Below, in pieces: positions 10,536 to 19,168 of a stretch of DNA of 64,000 nucleotides. The notes below the pieces were generated by a model. That model worked only from the letters and a program-made list of their open reading frames with translations, was not told the origin of the DNA and made no database searches. The translations under genes were made by a program, and so were the position numbers. Source of the DNA: Gemmatimonadota bacterium (GTDB lineage Bacteria; Gemmatimonadota; Gemmatimonadetes; Palauibacterales; KS3-K002); assembly GCA_039586795.1 (NCBI GenBank), contig JBDHJS010000015.1, positions 64,001 to 128,000 on the forward strand, read 5' to 3'. Position 1 is the first letter of the stretch; each line of letters opens with the position of its first letter.

Positions 10536-10772
10536 GTGCGAGACTGGTTGAAGATACTACTGCTGGTAGAAGCGATTGCCCTGGTCATAGCGCTCGTCGT
10601 GCCGCTGACACCAAGTAAGACGGGCGGAGACGTACGCCTCGGGAAGTACTTTTTTGCAGAGCCCACCTACCTTCACGAAGTGCTGGTGGGCTTTGTGCTG
10701 GTTAACGGGATTATCATGGTATTCGCGATCGCGTTCTGGATCTACAATGCTCGCAATCCGGGCGACGAATGA
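10536..10772 (+). CDS. Small two-TM hypothetical membrane protein
   Basis: Two hydrophobic segments; fills the gap between terminator and peroxiredoxin. Confidence 0.65.
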   Translation: MRDWLKILLLVEAIALVIALVVPLTPSKTGGDVRLGKYFFAEPTYLHEVLVGFVLVNGIIMVFAIAFWIYNARNPGDE

Positions 10773-10847
10773 CCCATTGTCGGGCAAAAGTGGACGCTCT
10801 AGTATGCGGAACATCCTGTTAAGAGATTGTGGAACAAGGAGATAGAG

Positions 10848-11510
10848 ATGGGCGATCAGTTGGAGCATCATCAGAACGTGGTGGGCATCCCGCGGCTTGG
10901 TATGCCTGCACCACAGTTCGAAGTGGCGACGACGCATGGGGATTTGCGGCTGGAGGACTTCAAGGGAAGCTGGCTCATCCTGTTCTCCCATCCCGCCGAC
11001 TTCACGCCCGTGTGCACGACCGAGTTCATTGCCTTCGCCGAAATACATAGTCAGCTGCGGGAGATGAACTGCGAGTTGATGGGCCTGAGCATTGACAGCA
11101 CGTACTCGCATATCGCTTGGGTCAGGAACATAGAAGAGAAGATGGGAGTCAAGATCGAGTTTCCCGTCATCGCCGATCTCAACAAAGAGACCGCGATGCG
11201 TTACGGGATGATCATGCCTAGCGAGAGCAAGACGGAGACATCGCGCTGTGTCTTCGTGATCGATCCGGAGCAGGTTCTTCGAGCCATGGTCTACTACCCG
11301 CTGACTACGGGCAGGAACATGGACGAGTTGTTACGCCTTATCCAGGCGCTGCAGACAACCGACGAGCATCAGGTGGCTACACCAGCGAACTGGCGGCCGG
11401 GTGACAAGGTGATCTTGCCGCCGCCGGCAACACAGGAGGCTGCAGAAGAGCGCCTGAGGGACTCGAGCCTGGAGTGTACGGACTGGTACTTCTGCAAGAA
11501 GACATTATGA
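10848..11510 (+). CDS. Peroxiredoxin (Prx6/AhpC-TSA family)
   Basis: FSHPADFTPVCTTE, YYPLTTGRN, ATPANW and C-terminal DWYFC; AAGGAG RBS. Confidence 0.95.
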   Translation: MGDQLEHHQNVVGIPRLGMPAPQFEVATTHGDLRLEDFKGSWLILFSHPADFTPVCTTEFIAFAEIHSQLREMNCELMGLSIDSTYSHIAWVRNIEEKMGVKIEFPVIADLNKETAMRYGMIMPSESKTETSRCVFVIDPEQVLRAMVYYPLTTGRNMDELLRLIQALQTTDEHQVATPANWRPGDKVILPPPATQEAAEERLRDSSLECTDWYFCKKTL

Positions 11511-11531
11511 ACGGCGCAGGGATCCGCATGT

Positions 11532-11753
11532 ATGGGCTGTATCGATCCGAATGATCCGCTGTCTGAGGCGGGTAAGAGGCTATTGGGAGCGCTGGAAGTT
11601 CCGCGGACGGCGGAGGAAGTACGCGAGCTGACGGGGGAGCCGCTGTTCCGAGTGCGTTACAACTTGAGGGAGATGGTGAAAGCGGGGCTTGCCACGAAAG
11701 ATGGCGAGCGCTACAGCGTGAGCGAGGCGGGCGAGAAGATGTTGGAGCGCTAG
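11532..11753 (+). CDS. Small winged-helix protein with N-terminal Cys (copy 1)
   Basis: MGCIDP..., HTH-like TAEEVRELTGEPLFRVRYNLREM and wing RYSVSEAG. Confidence 0.75.
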   Translation: MGCIDPNDPLSEAGKRLLGALEVPRTAEEVRELTGEPLFRVRYNLREMVKAGLATKDGERYSVSEAGEKMLER

Positions 11754-11793
11754 CGCCCGGGAAACCCTACAAATCGAAGATCCCAAGACACTC

Positions 11794-12018
11794 ATGCCCT
11801 GTCTACGTCCAGATGGTAGTCTGACTCTCGCGGCTCGTGACGTCCTCGGCGCGATGGACGAGCCACGTCCGGTCGAGGAGATTCGTGAGCTGAGTCGGCA
11901 GCCGATATACCGAGTTCGAGGGAGTCTCAGAGAACTGCAAGAGGTGGGGTACGTAAGGCCGGAGGACGACCGCTGGATGATCACCGAGGAAGGTCGTGAT
12001 GCCCTTGCCCGCGCATGA
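11794..12018 (+). CDS. Small winged-helix protein with N-terminal Cys (copy 2, paralog)
   Basis: MPCLRPDG..., PVEEIRELSRQPIYRVRGSLREL, WMITEEG; aligns end to end with copy 1. Confidence 0.75.
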   Translation: MPCLRPDGSLTLAARDVLGAMDEPRPVEEIRELSRQPIYRVRGSLRELQEVGYVRPEDDRWMITEEGRDALARA

Positions 12019-12063
12019 TGAGCGTGAAGACCTGCGAGTCGACCGTTCGAAATGGGAGGAAAC

Positions 12064-12606
12064 TTGCGATACTACACACTGTCGACGATCGCCTCAGCGG
12101 CGTTTGCCGTAGCGGCCGCAGCACAGGGCGCCGCAGCCCAGGACCCCGCTCACCCGGATCCGAATAGCGAACCGATCGCACAGTTCTGTTCAGCGACCGC
12201 TAATCGGCAGGTCGATTTCTGGATTGGCGACTGGGAGGTAACCGATAGCACGGGAGCGGTGGTAGGCACGAACGTCATAACCCGGGTGGCGGCGGGCTGC
12301 GGCCTGTATGAGTACTGGCGCGGCGCGGGTGGCGGTACTGGCACGAGCATCAACTGGCACGACCCACAAACTGGCGAATGGCGTCAGGTATGGGTCGGCC
12401 TGGGTCTGTACCTGGACCTGAAGGGTGGTATAGTAGACGGTAGTATGGTGCTGTCGGGAGAACGCGAGACCCAGCAAGGTGTCGTGGTCGACCGGATAAC
12501 ATGGACGCCTCTGGGAGACGGTCGGGTCAGGCAAGTGTGGGAACAATCCTCTGAAGATGGAACGACCTGGCAAGTACTCTTCAACGGACTCTACGCGAAG
12601 CGGTGA
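12064..12606 (+). CDS. Secreted hypothetical protein (DUF1579-like beta fold)
   Basis: Signal peptide; DFWIGDWEV, WRQVWV and VRQVWEQSSEDGTTW...F.G.Y motifs; TTG start after GGAGG. Confidence 0.7.
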   Translation: MRYYTLSTIASAAFAVAAAAQGAAAQDPAHPDPNSEPIAQFCSATANRQVDFWIGDWEVTDSTGAVVGTNVITRVAAGCGLYEYWRGAGGGTGTSINWHDPQTGEWRQVWVGLGLYLDLKGGIVDGSMVLSGERETQQGVVVDRITWTPLGDGRVRQVWEQSSEDGTTWQVLFNGLYAKR

Positions 12607-13044
12607 ATGATGTCGGATAAGAAGGCAACGGTCACTTGTCAGTTCTGTTTGACGCCGAATAGGGTGAAGCTGGGCAAGGTCGATGCAGGACCGAAGTGCG
12701 GCGAGTGTGGTAAGCCTATTCTGTTGGACCGTCCGATCAAGGCCACAGACGATGATTTCCAGCGCGTGATAAGCGACTGCGACGTGCCTGTTGTGGTCGA
12801 CTTCTATGCCGACTGGTGCCCGCCCTGCAAGGTGATGGCGCCGGTCCTCGATGATTTCGCGCACACTCACAAAGGTGAAGTGCTGGTTGTGAAACTCGAC
12901 ACGGAGTACAACCAGCGCACCGCTCAGCAGTACGAGATCCGAGCGATTCCTACGCTGATCGTATTCAGGGATGGCGTGGAAGTCTCGCGCCAGACCGGAG
13001 CGGTACCTCGCGAAGTACTCGAGAGTCTCCTGACGTCGGCCTGA
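12607..13044 (+). CDS. trxC: Thioredoxin 2 (zinc-ribbon thioredoxin)
   Basis: N-terminal CxxC...NR...CxxC zinc ribbon; VDFYADWCPPC active site; IPTL cis-Pro. Confidence 0.9.
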   Translation: MMSDKKATVTCQFCLTPNRVKLGKVDAGPKCGECGKPILLDRPIKATDDDFQRVISDCDVPVVVDFYADWCPPCKVMAPVLDDFAHTHKGEVLVVKLDTEYNQRTAQQYEIRAIPTLIVFRDGVEVSRQTGAVPREVLESLLTSA

Positions 13045-13068
13045 GAACTCGCCCAGGATGAATACTCG

Positions 13069-13563
13069 GTGACCCGAGCAGACACGCGCGCAGCCCAGCT
13101 GATCGAGGCGCTCTCAATGCAGCCTCACCCCGAAGGCGGCCATTTCCGGGAGATGTTCCGTTCAGCGGCGCAGGTTGTCCCGGGCGATGAGCGTGACCGA
13201 CGCTCGGCGCTGACGAGTATCTATTTTCTCTTGACGGCGGGCGAAAAGAGCCGCTGGCATCAGCTCCGCTCAGACGAGGTCTGGCACTTCTGTGAGGGCG
13301 ATCCGCTGGAGCTGTGTTGGCTGGACGAGGAGCAACGTTGCAGCGAGCGCATCGTTCTGGGGCCGATCGAGGAGGGGTACCAGGGCGTAGCCACTGTCCC
13401 GGCCGGATCATGGCAGGCGGCGTGCAGCAAGGGCGACTTCACTCTGGTTGGCTGCACGGTCGCGCCCGGGTTCGAGTTCGCCGATTTCCGGTTGCTGTCC
13501 GATTGCGGGGATAGAGCGCAGGCGATATCGGAATGGTACGCCGAGTTGAGTCAGTTCCTTTAG
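13069..13563 (+). CDS. Cupin_5 (DUF985) family protein
   Basis: PHPEGG.FRE, TSIYFLL, SDEVWHF.EGDPL and LVGCTVAPGFEF motifs. Confidence 0.9.
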   Translation: MTRADTRAAQLIEALSMQPHPEGGHFREMFRSAAQVVPGDERDRRSALTSIYFLLTAGEKSRWHQLRSDEVWHFCEGDPLELCWLDEEQRCSERIVLGPIEEGYQGVATVPAGSWQAACSKGDFTLVGCTVAPGFEFADFRLLSDCGDRAQAISEWYAELSQFL

Positions 13564-13570
13564 TCGGCAT

Positions 13571-14344
13571 CTACTCGCCGGGCAGTCGTCCGGCGCTCTC
13601 CGTAGTGTCCAGAGGCGGTTCAACTGTCGCCGCCAGCACCTCTTCGGTTAGCCTGTCGAGCAGATCTCGCAGAACACGCTGTCGTTTCCGGACAGAATAT
13701 GTGAAGCTCGTGCGGGCCACGATGTAGCTGCCGGTGAAAGCAGCGAGGGGAAACGCGATGGTGAACAGGACGGAGCCCAGCGCCCCGATACCGACCCCCA
13801 GACCGACCCCTAGACCTACGCCGCCACCCACGCCGCCGATCGCGCCACCGAAAAGGCTCCAGGCGAGATTCTCGCAACGCTCCTCGATTCGGATGCGAGT
13901 TCGCCCGGTTCGCGAAACGACGGTAACCTGTAGCGAACGTACATTGTCTCCGGTTGAGGACTGCCACGTGAGCGTCCGCCCAACGAGGCTCAGCTGGCCC
14001 TGACTTCCGGCGGCTCGCTGAATCTCGGGGATCAAGTGCTCGAACGCATCCTCCGGAAGTTCGCCGGCGATGCTCCGCTCGAACTCCACGGACAGAGGGG
14101 CCCCGGTGAATCGAGAGATCCCGTCCCTTTGGGTGGTAACAGCGTCCAGATCGGCGGCGGCGCGGGCGATGTAAATGGGGTTGATACCAGCCTCGGCGGC
14201 GACTTCTTCCAGATCGGCGAGGCTAAGGCCGCCGCCCTCCACTTCGGACCGGGGTTCTTGCTGATGCAGTTCGGCAGCCCGTTTCAGGATCAAGCCGACT
14301 TCCTTGTCACCGTAGCGCCGCCGTCGGTCTCGATCGTCAGTCAT
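13571..14344 (-). CDS. Hypothetical membrane protein (RRY..EV..IL.RAAEL family)
   Basis: RRYGDKEVGLILKRAAEL...LSLADLEEVAAEAGI, Gly-rich TM hairpin; start at MTDDRD. Confidence 0.75.
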   Translation of the reverse strand: MTDDRDRRRRYGDKEVGLILKRAAELHQQEPRSEVEGGGLSLADLEEVAAEAGINPIYIARAAADLDAVTTQRDGISRFTGAPLSVEFERSIAGELPEDAFEHLIPEIQRAAGSQGQLSLVGRTLTWQSSTGDNVRSLQVTVVSRTGRTRIRIEERCENLAWSLFGGAIGGVGGGVGLGVGLGVGIGALGSVLFTIAFPLAAFTGSYIVARTSFTYSVRKRQRVLRDLLDRLTEEVLAATVEPPLDTTESAGRLPGE

Positions 14345-14364
14345 GGAAGTGGGGTGGCTTGAAG

Positions 14365-15282
14365 CTAGTTCGGCGCCACGGGCTCGAACGGTGTCAGCAC
14401 GTCCACGATCACTCGCCAGCTTTCGTCGGAGACTCGTCGCCAGGCCTTCACGTAGATACCGCGCTGCGTGGTAGCCTCCGAGTCCGGTGCCGAGTAGGCC
14501 CATTCACCGTAGGTGTAGCCCAGATCGCCTGAGAGGGACACATCGCCGCCTTGTGGCTCCCACAAGAAGGTGCCGGTCAGGTCGGCGGCCAGGGCTCGCA
14601 GCTTCTCCGCGCCGGTTTCAGGCTGCATTCCGTTACGCAGTACGCGGACATCGGAACTGACGTAGCTGGTGAGAGACGCGACCAGTCCGTCCGCTACAGA
14701 CGCGGCGCTGAAGGCGCGATCAATCTCGAGCAGCCTGTCGAGCGCGTTCTGGCGCTGACGCGGCCAGAGGGCCCAGCGGTCATCGTAGCGCGGTCGTTCG
14801 GGCGTCACGACTTCCTCAGGGGGCTGAGCGGGCGGCGAGTTCGAGATACCGTGATCCAGGGCGACTTTCCAAGAACCGTCGTCCTGTAGCTTCCAGAACG
14901 AGAAATAGTTGCCGAACGCAATGGCCTCGGCCGCCGGATCCTGCCTAAACTCCCATGGACCGGTGGTGAAACCGAGATCGCCCGCCTCGGAAATGTCGGC
15001 AAAAGCCGGTCCCCATGAGAGAAGCCCGGGCGTCGATTCCCGACTGGCCAGGTCCTCCTGCGCATTCACGGCGCGAGGTCGAAAGAGGATGCCATCAGCA
15101 GCCAGGTAGGCGATGAACGCATCGCGCGTCCCCAGTTCTGCAGCGGATCTCGAGAAGTCCCGTTCAGATTCGATCAGGGCATTCAAGTTGGATTCCCGAG
15201 TGTCGGTCGAACAGGCTGTGCTGAGCGAGCAGCAAATCAGGATCAGGGCGGCGCCAGTCGATATTCGGTCAATGATTTTCAT
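14365..15282 (-). CDS. Lipoprotein with tandem NTF2-like (DUF4440) domains
   Basis: Lipobox LSTAC; two repeats of ER.FS...W.P...D.S..GDLG(F/Y)T.G.W...W.....D. Confidence 0.85.
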   Translation of the reverse strand: MKIIDRISTGAALILICCSLSTACSTDTRESNLNALIESERDFSRSAAELGTRDAFIAYLAADGILFRPRAVNAQEDLASRESTPGLLSWGPAFADISEAGDLGFTTGPWEFRQDPAAEAIAFGNYFSFWKLQDDGSWKVALDHGISNSPPAQPPEEVVTPERPRYDDRWALWPRQRQNALDRLLEIDRAFSAASVADGLVASLTSYVSSDVRVLRNGMQPETGAEKLRALAADLTGTFLWEPQGGDVSLSGDLGYTYGEWAYSAPDSEATTQRGIYVKAWRRVSDESWRVIVDVLTPFEPVAPN

Positions 15283-15371
15283 ATCTAAAGCTATCCCCCG
15301 AAATCGTGGCCCACAATCGTTCTGCCTACTACCTTGCTGAACATGCGGACAGTTGACGAACAGGTGACGAG

Positions 15372-16436
15372 ATGACTCTGGGGCCTGGAAGAACCTTCAG
15401 GTTCGTCGCAGTGCGGGTTCTCGTGGCCGGGTTCTTGGGATCATCGTCAGCGACGGCGCTTGTGGCACAGCAAGCGCGGGATTCCACCTCTCACCTTCAG
15501 GTCGTCTATCCTGCTGACGAGCGCGCCGCGGCCCGAGCGTTCTTGGGTTATGCAGAGGGCGTGTACGAATACATTGACACTCTGTTTGGTGGCGCGCTCC
15601 CAGAAAAGCTCCACGTCACGTTGCTGAAAGACGCAAGGAGCGGCTCTTCGGGTCCCGAGCTTCACCTCAGTCTGCACCATGGTGCGGCGCTGCAGGCGGT
15701 GTACGCAGCTGAGCTCAGCCGCGTGGCTGAGCGCGAGATCCTAAAAGAGTCGTACGAGCTGCAGGGCTATCGGTTCGTGACGGAAGGGCTGGCAAACTGG
15801 GTGGAGGCGCGGTACGAGCGCCAGCTAGGTATTGAGAAGTCGAGAGACATCTGGGCGGCATACGCCTACGTGCTCGAGGCGACGTACCCGGAATACCTGG
15901 CATCGTACGAGCTGGCGGAGGAAGAACTGGGCAAGAACGTGGTCGATGCGGTAGGGTACAGCTTCGTGTCACACGTCTTCCAATTGCATGGTATGGAAGG
16001 TGTGCGATCGTTGCTGGACGCTATGGCGGTGAACGTCGACGTATGCTCGTCCCTTTCCGATTCCGGCGCGGACTGCGAGGAATTCGTGGACGGCTGGCAG
16101 TCCGCCTTGGCTGAACAAGCAAGGCGATACGATTTTGCGAGCTTGCCAGAGATATGGTCGTTGATCGAGGTGAGCGGACAAGGAGACCTCCGTGAGGTGG
16201 GGCTCCGCGTCTACATACAGAACCCGGAAAGCAGCGAGTTCACATTTTTCGTCTCATACATGATCGACGGTGAGCACTTCGAGGAGGCGTTTCCGGCTGA
16301 CAGGAGCGAGTTCAGGGCGATCGTACCGCTGGGGACGATGAGGGAGGGGACCAAGCTGTTGTGGGAGGTCTCGGTCTGGTCGAGTACCGTGTTGGCGTGG
16401 AGAAAGAGCGGGTGGCAGGACCAGGTGATCCGCTAG
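15372..16436 (+). CDS. Secreted peptidase MA/gluzincin-like protein with a degenerate zinc motif
   Basis: Signal peptide; FVTEGLANWVE and GYSFV motifs, but AELSR where HExxH is expected. Confidence 0.6.
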   Translation: MTLGPGRTFRFVAVRVLVAGFLGSSSATALVAQQARDSTSHLQVVYPADERAAARAFLGYAEGVYEYIDTLFGGALPEKLHVTLLKDARSGSSGPELHLSLHHGAALQAVYAAELSRVAEREILKESYELQGYRFVTEGLANWVEARYERQLGIEKSRDIWAAYAYVLEATYPEYLASYELAEEELGKNVVDAVGYSFVSHVFQLHGMEGVRSLLDAMAVNVDVCSSLSDSGADCEEFVDGWQSALAEQARRYDFASLPEIWSLIEVSGQGDLREVGLRVYIQNPESSEFTFFVSYMIDGEHFEEAFPADRSEFRAIVPLGTMREGTKLLWEVSVWSSTVLAWRKSGWQDQVIR

Positions 16437-16505
16437 GGTGTTCGTATTGGGAATCGGGGAATTATTGAAGGTGAGTCTGGAATCGAGATACGGGAGTTTA
16501 GAAGT

Positions 16506-17408
16506 TCACTTAGTAAGGGATTCGTCCTCAGTGAAGACGGTGTCCATCACCAGTTTGGGGTGGATGTCGGCGAGCTCGTTGGCGATCTTGCGGCGAATAT
16601 CGTCTAGCGTCTTGACGCGGTCGAGGCGGAAGCTCTGGGGTACGACGATCTGGATGAGCACGTAAAAGTAGCGACCCACCTTTGACATCCGCACGTACGT
16701 CTTCTCAACAGCCAGTCCTTGCATCGCTCGGTTGAATCGACCCCTCACCTCATGTTGCAGGGGAGGGGGCGGAGCGATCACCAGCAGCTCGGCCACATTG
16801 TCTTTCACGGTCTTGACCGGCACCCAGATGAGCACGATCACGAGGACGGCCAACAGTACCGGATCGACGTAAGGCACGAGATTCGACCAGCGGGTGCCTG
16901 CCAACAAGAAAGCGAGTAGGAATGCGGCTCCGACGCCGGCGTTCACGAAGAAGTCGAGCGTCCAGTTCTTCACGTCGACTTCGAGCAGTGGGGAATGTGT
17001 CTTCTTCGCCCAGGACCGCTCGAGAAAAGCGATCAGTAAGCAACCGCTTGCGGCGACAACAGCGTAGACGACCGCCCAACCCGCGTCGAGTGAGCGCCCG
17101 CCTTGGAACAGGGACCTGACGGCGGAGGCGAGGGCGAGGGCGCAGACGACGAGTATGAGCAGTCCTTTGATCGTGTTTAGAAACGGCTCGAAGTAGGCGT
17201 ACCCGAAGTGGAAATGTTCGTCGTCTGGCCCCTCCACAAGCTCGGCCACTTTGAGCGTTAGGAGTCCGATGACGAACGAAATAAGAGAGAAGATACCGCT
17301 CAACATGATGGCGTCTGAGCTCGTCAGGATAGCGAAGCTGATGCCGAGGATGGCCATGCCAAGGTAGGCGAACGCCGAAAGCCGTAGAGCAAGTATCTCT
17401 TTGTTCAC
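16506..17408 (-). CDS. Cation diffusion facilitator family transporter
   Basis: 6 TMs; PDDEHFHFGY..FEP, W.LD, YVDP motifs; C-terminal domain LDDIR. Confidence 0.9.
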   Translation of the reverse strand: MNKEILALRLSAFAYLGMAILGISFAILTSSDAIMLSGIFSLISFVIGLLTLKVAELVEGPDDEHFHFGYAYFEPFLNTIKGLLILVVCALALASAVRSLFQGGRSLDAGWAVVYAVVAASGCLLIAFLERSWAKKTHSPLLEVDVKNWTLDFFVNAGVGAAFLLAFLLAGTRWSNLVPYVDPVLLAVLVIVLIWVPVKTVKDNVAELLVIAPPPPLQHEVRGRFNRAMQGLAVEKTYVRMSKVGRYFYVLIQIVVPQSFRLDRVKTLDDIRRKIANELADIHPKLVMDTVFTEDESLTK

Positions 17409-17444
17409 TTAGGGACCGCGTTGCTGGTGTTCATCTGCGGTGGC

Positions 17445-18443
17445 TCAGAAGAAGTAGCGCAGGTTAATGGTCGTGCCAGTGGTCTTCGAGCTTTCCTGGT
17501 TCCGCAGAGGTGTAAGCGCCCCAAAGATGTCGATGCTGAAACTGAATTGGGGACGTCCAGTGTAGGCGATGCTCAGACCGAGCGACTGCACGTCGCCAGT
17601 GATGTCTTCGCCGCCTTCCGGGAACGAATCCAGATCGTAGCTGAGCACGAAGCCGATCGGCACAGCTGTCAGAACGCCAAGATCGGCGTCGACGGCGATT
17701 CCGAAATCATAGAACCATTCGCTGTCGCTCGTTCGGGTTACCGATTCGCCATAACCCGTTCCCCCGTTTGCGACCAGACCGAAAGCCGGGCTGATCGCCC
17801 AGGCGAAGCGGAGGCCACCACCGCCGCGCGTTGCCGGAACGTTCCTGACTAGGCTGGCGGGGTTACCGTTGATGATATCGTCGACAAAACGCTCAATACT
17901 GATCGCAGTATATCTTCGATTCGCTAGCTTCAGCTCGCCGGAAAGCATCGTCCGGTTGCTTGTGAATAGCTTGAACAGCCACCCGAACTCGAACCCCGTA
18001 GCCGCGGTTATGCCCTGGGTCAAGAGCGCCTGAACACCACTGCCCAGGCGGCCGACGATGCGGAATTGCGCACGCACGGCGAGCCAGGAAGCGATGGCTT
18101 GCTGGTACTCGAAGTCCAGGTTGGCGAATATGAGATCGCCCTGAAGGCCGAGAACCTCGACTGTATCGATTTCGATCACCGGGATATTGACGTCGAGGGC
18201 CTTCCCGATCCCGACGGAGTTGCGCAGAAACGTCTTAATGAACGGGTTGGGCACATGTTCCGTAGGAATGAACGTATGGCCGCCAAGCCGTGGCAGTCTG
18301 ATGTCAGCTTCGGCGTATCCGCCGCCCGTCGTTTGCGCACTCACCGGGTGCGGGAGTGCCAAGTAAGGCAGAGCAATGAAGACGAAGGACCAAGGGGCCG
18401 ACATCCGCGATGACAGTCGTCCGGCCTGTGGAACGTTCTTCAT
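17445..18443 (-). CDS. Putative outer-membrane beta-barrel protein (paralog A)
   Basis: Signal peptide, amphipathic beta strands, C-terminal INLRYFF; paralogous to 19169-20200. Confidence 0.7.
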   Translation of the reverse strand: MKNVPQAGRLSSRMSAPWSFVFIALPYLALPHPVSAQTTGGGYAEADIRLPRLGGHTFIPTEHVPNPFIKTFLRNSVGIGKALDVNIPVIEIDTVEVLGLQGDLIFANLDFEYQQAIASWLAVRAQFRIVGRLGSGVQALLTQGITAATGFEFGWLFKLFTSNRTMLSGELKLANRRYTAISIERFVDDIINGNPASLVRNVPATRGGGGLRFAWAISPAFGLVANGGTGYGESVTRTSDSEWFYDFGIAVDADLGVLTAVPIGFVLSYDLDSFPEGGEDITGDVQSLGLSIAYTGRPQFSFSIDIFGALTPLRNQESSKTTGTTINLRYFF

Positions 18444-18447
18444 GAGA

Positions 18448-19098
18448 TCACTCCCGCCCCAGTGGAAGTAAGACACCGGCGTAGAACTGGAAGCCGCTGG
18501 TTCGGAATCTGACCGGCAACGACTCCTCGTCGGGGTTCTCTTCCGAGTTGGCAATGTTGAGGATCGCCTGCTCGTATCGCAGCTCCAGCGTCAGGAGCGG
18601 CGAGCCGATGGGCAATTGCACGCCGAAGGCGAAGTCGGCGGACAGATCGATCTCATGAAAGAGACGGCTGACGTCGGATGACCCGGTGCTCGTGGTTGCC
18701 GTGGCATCGACCAAGTACCCCAGGTTGACCCCGCCGGAGACGTAGGTCTTACCACTACCGGTGACGACCTTGAGCAGAATCGGCATCGTGACGTAGTCGA
18801 GCCTGAAGTCGACGCTGTCGCGCTCCTCTTCCTCCTCCGGGAGCTTCACGGCAAGCGTGAATGGGCGCTGCAGGTACATCGGCTGCAGGCTCAGCTTCAC
18901 GTTCTCGGCCAGCGGAATCTCGCCGACAATTCCAGCCGCGAAGCCCGTTCCGCTCTTATACGAGGTGTTGGAAGGTGCATCACCACTGAGGCTCGTAAGG
19001 TTCACGCCAACTTGCGCTCCGACGGCGAATTGGGCGTTAGCCGATGTCGCTTCGACCAGGCTCAGAACACACGCGGCTAGCAGGAGGTATCTTGTCAT
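18448..19098 (-). CDS. Porin-family / PorT-like small outer-membrane beta-barrel
   Basis: Signal peptide ANA-QF; G.Q.GVN.TS, LDYVTMPILLK, LELRYEQ motifs. Confidence 0.75.
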   Translation of the reverse strand: MTRYLLLAACVLSLVEATSANAQFAVGAQVGVNLTSLSGDAPSNTSYKSGTGFAAGIVGEIPLAENVKLSLQPMYLQRPFTLAVKLPEEEEERDSVDFRLDYVTMPILLKVVTGSGKTYVSGGVNLGYLVDATATTSTGSSDVSRLFHEIDLSADFAFGVQLPIGSPLLTLELRYEQAILNIANSEENPDEESLPVRFRTSGFQFYAGVLLPLGRE

Positions 19099-19168
19099 GG
19101 TCGATCTCGTTGCTTTTGCGGTGCAGGAGTTGGGGAAGAATAGTGCGTTTCGTCAGGTCGGGCTACGG

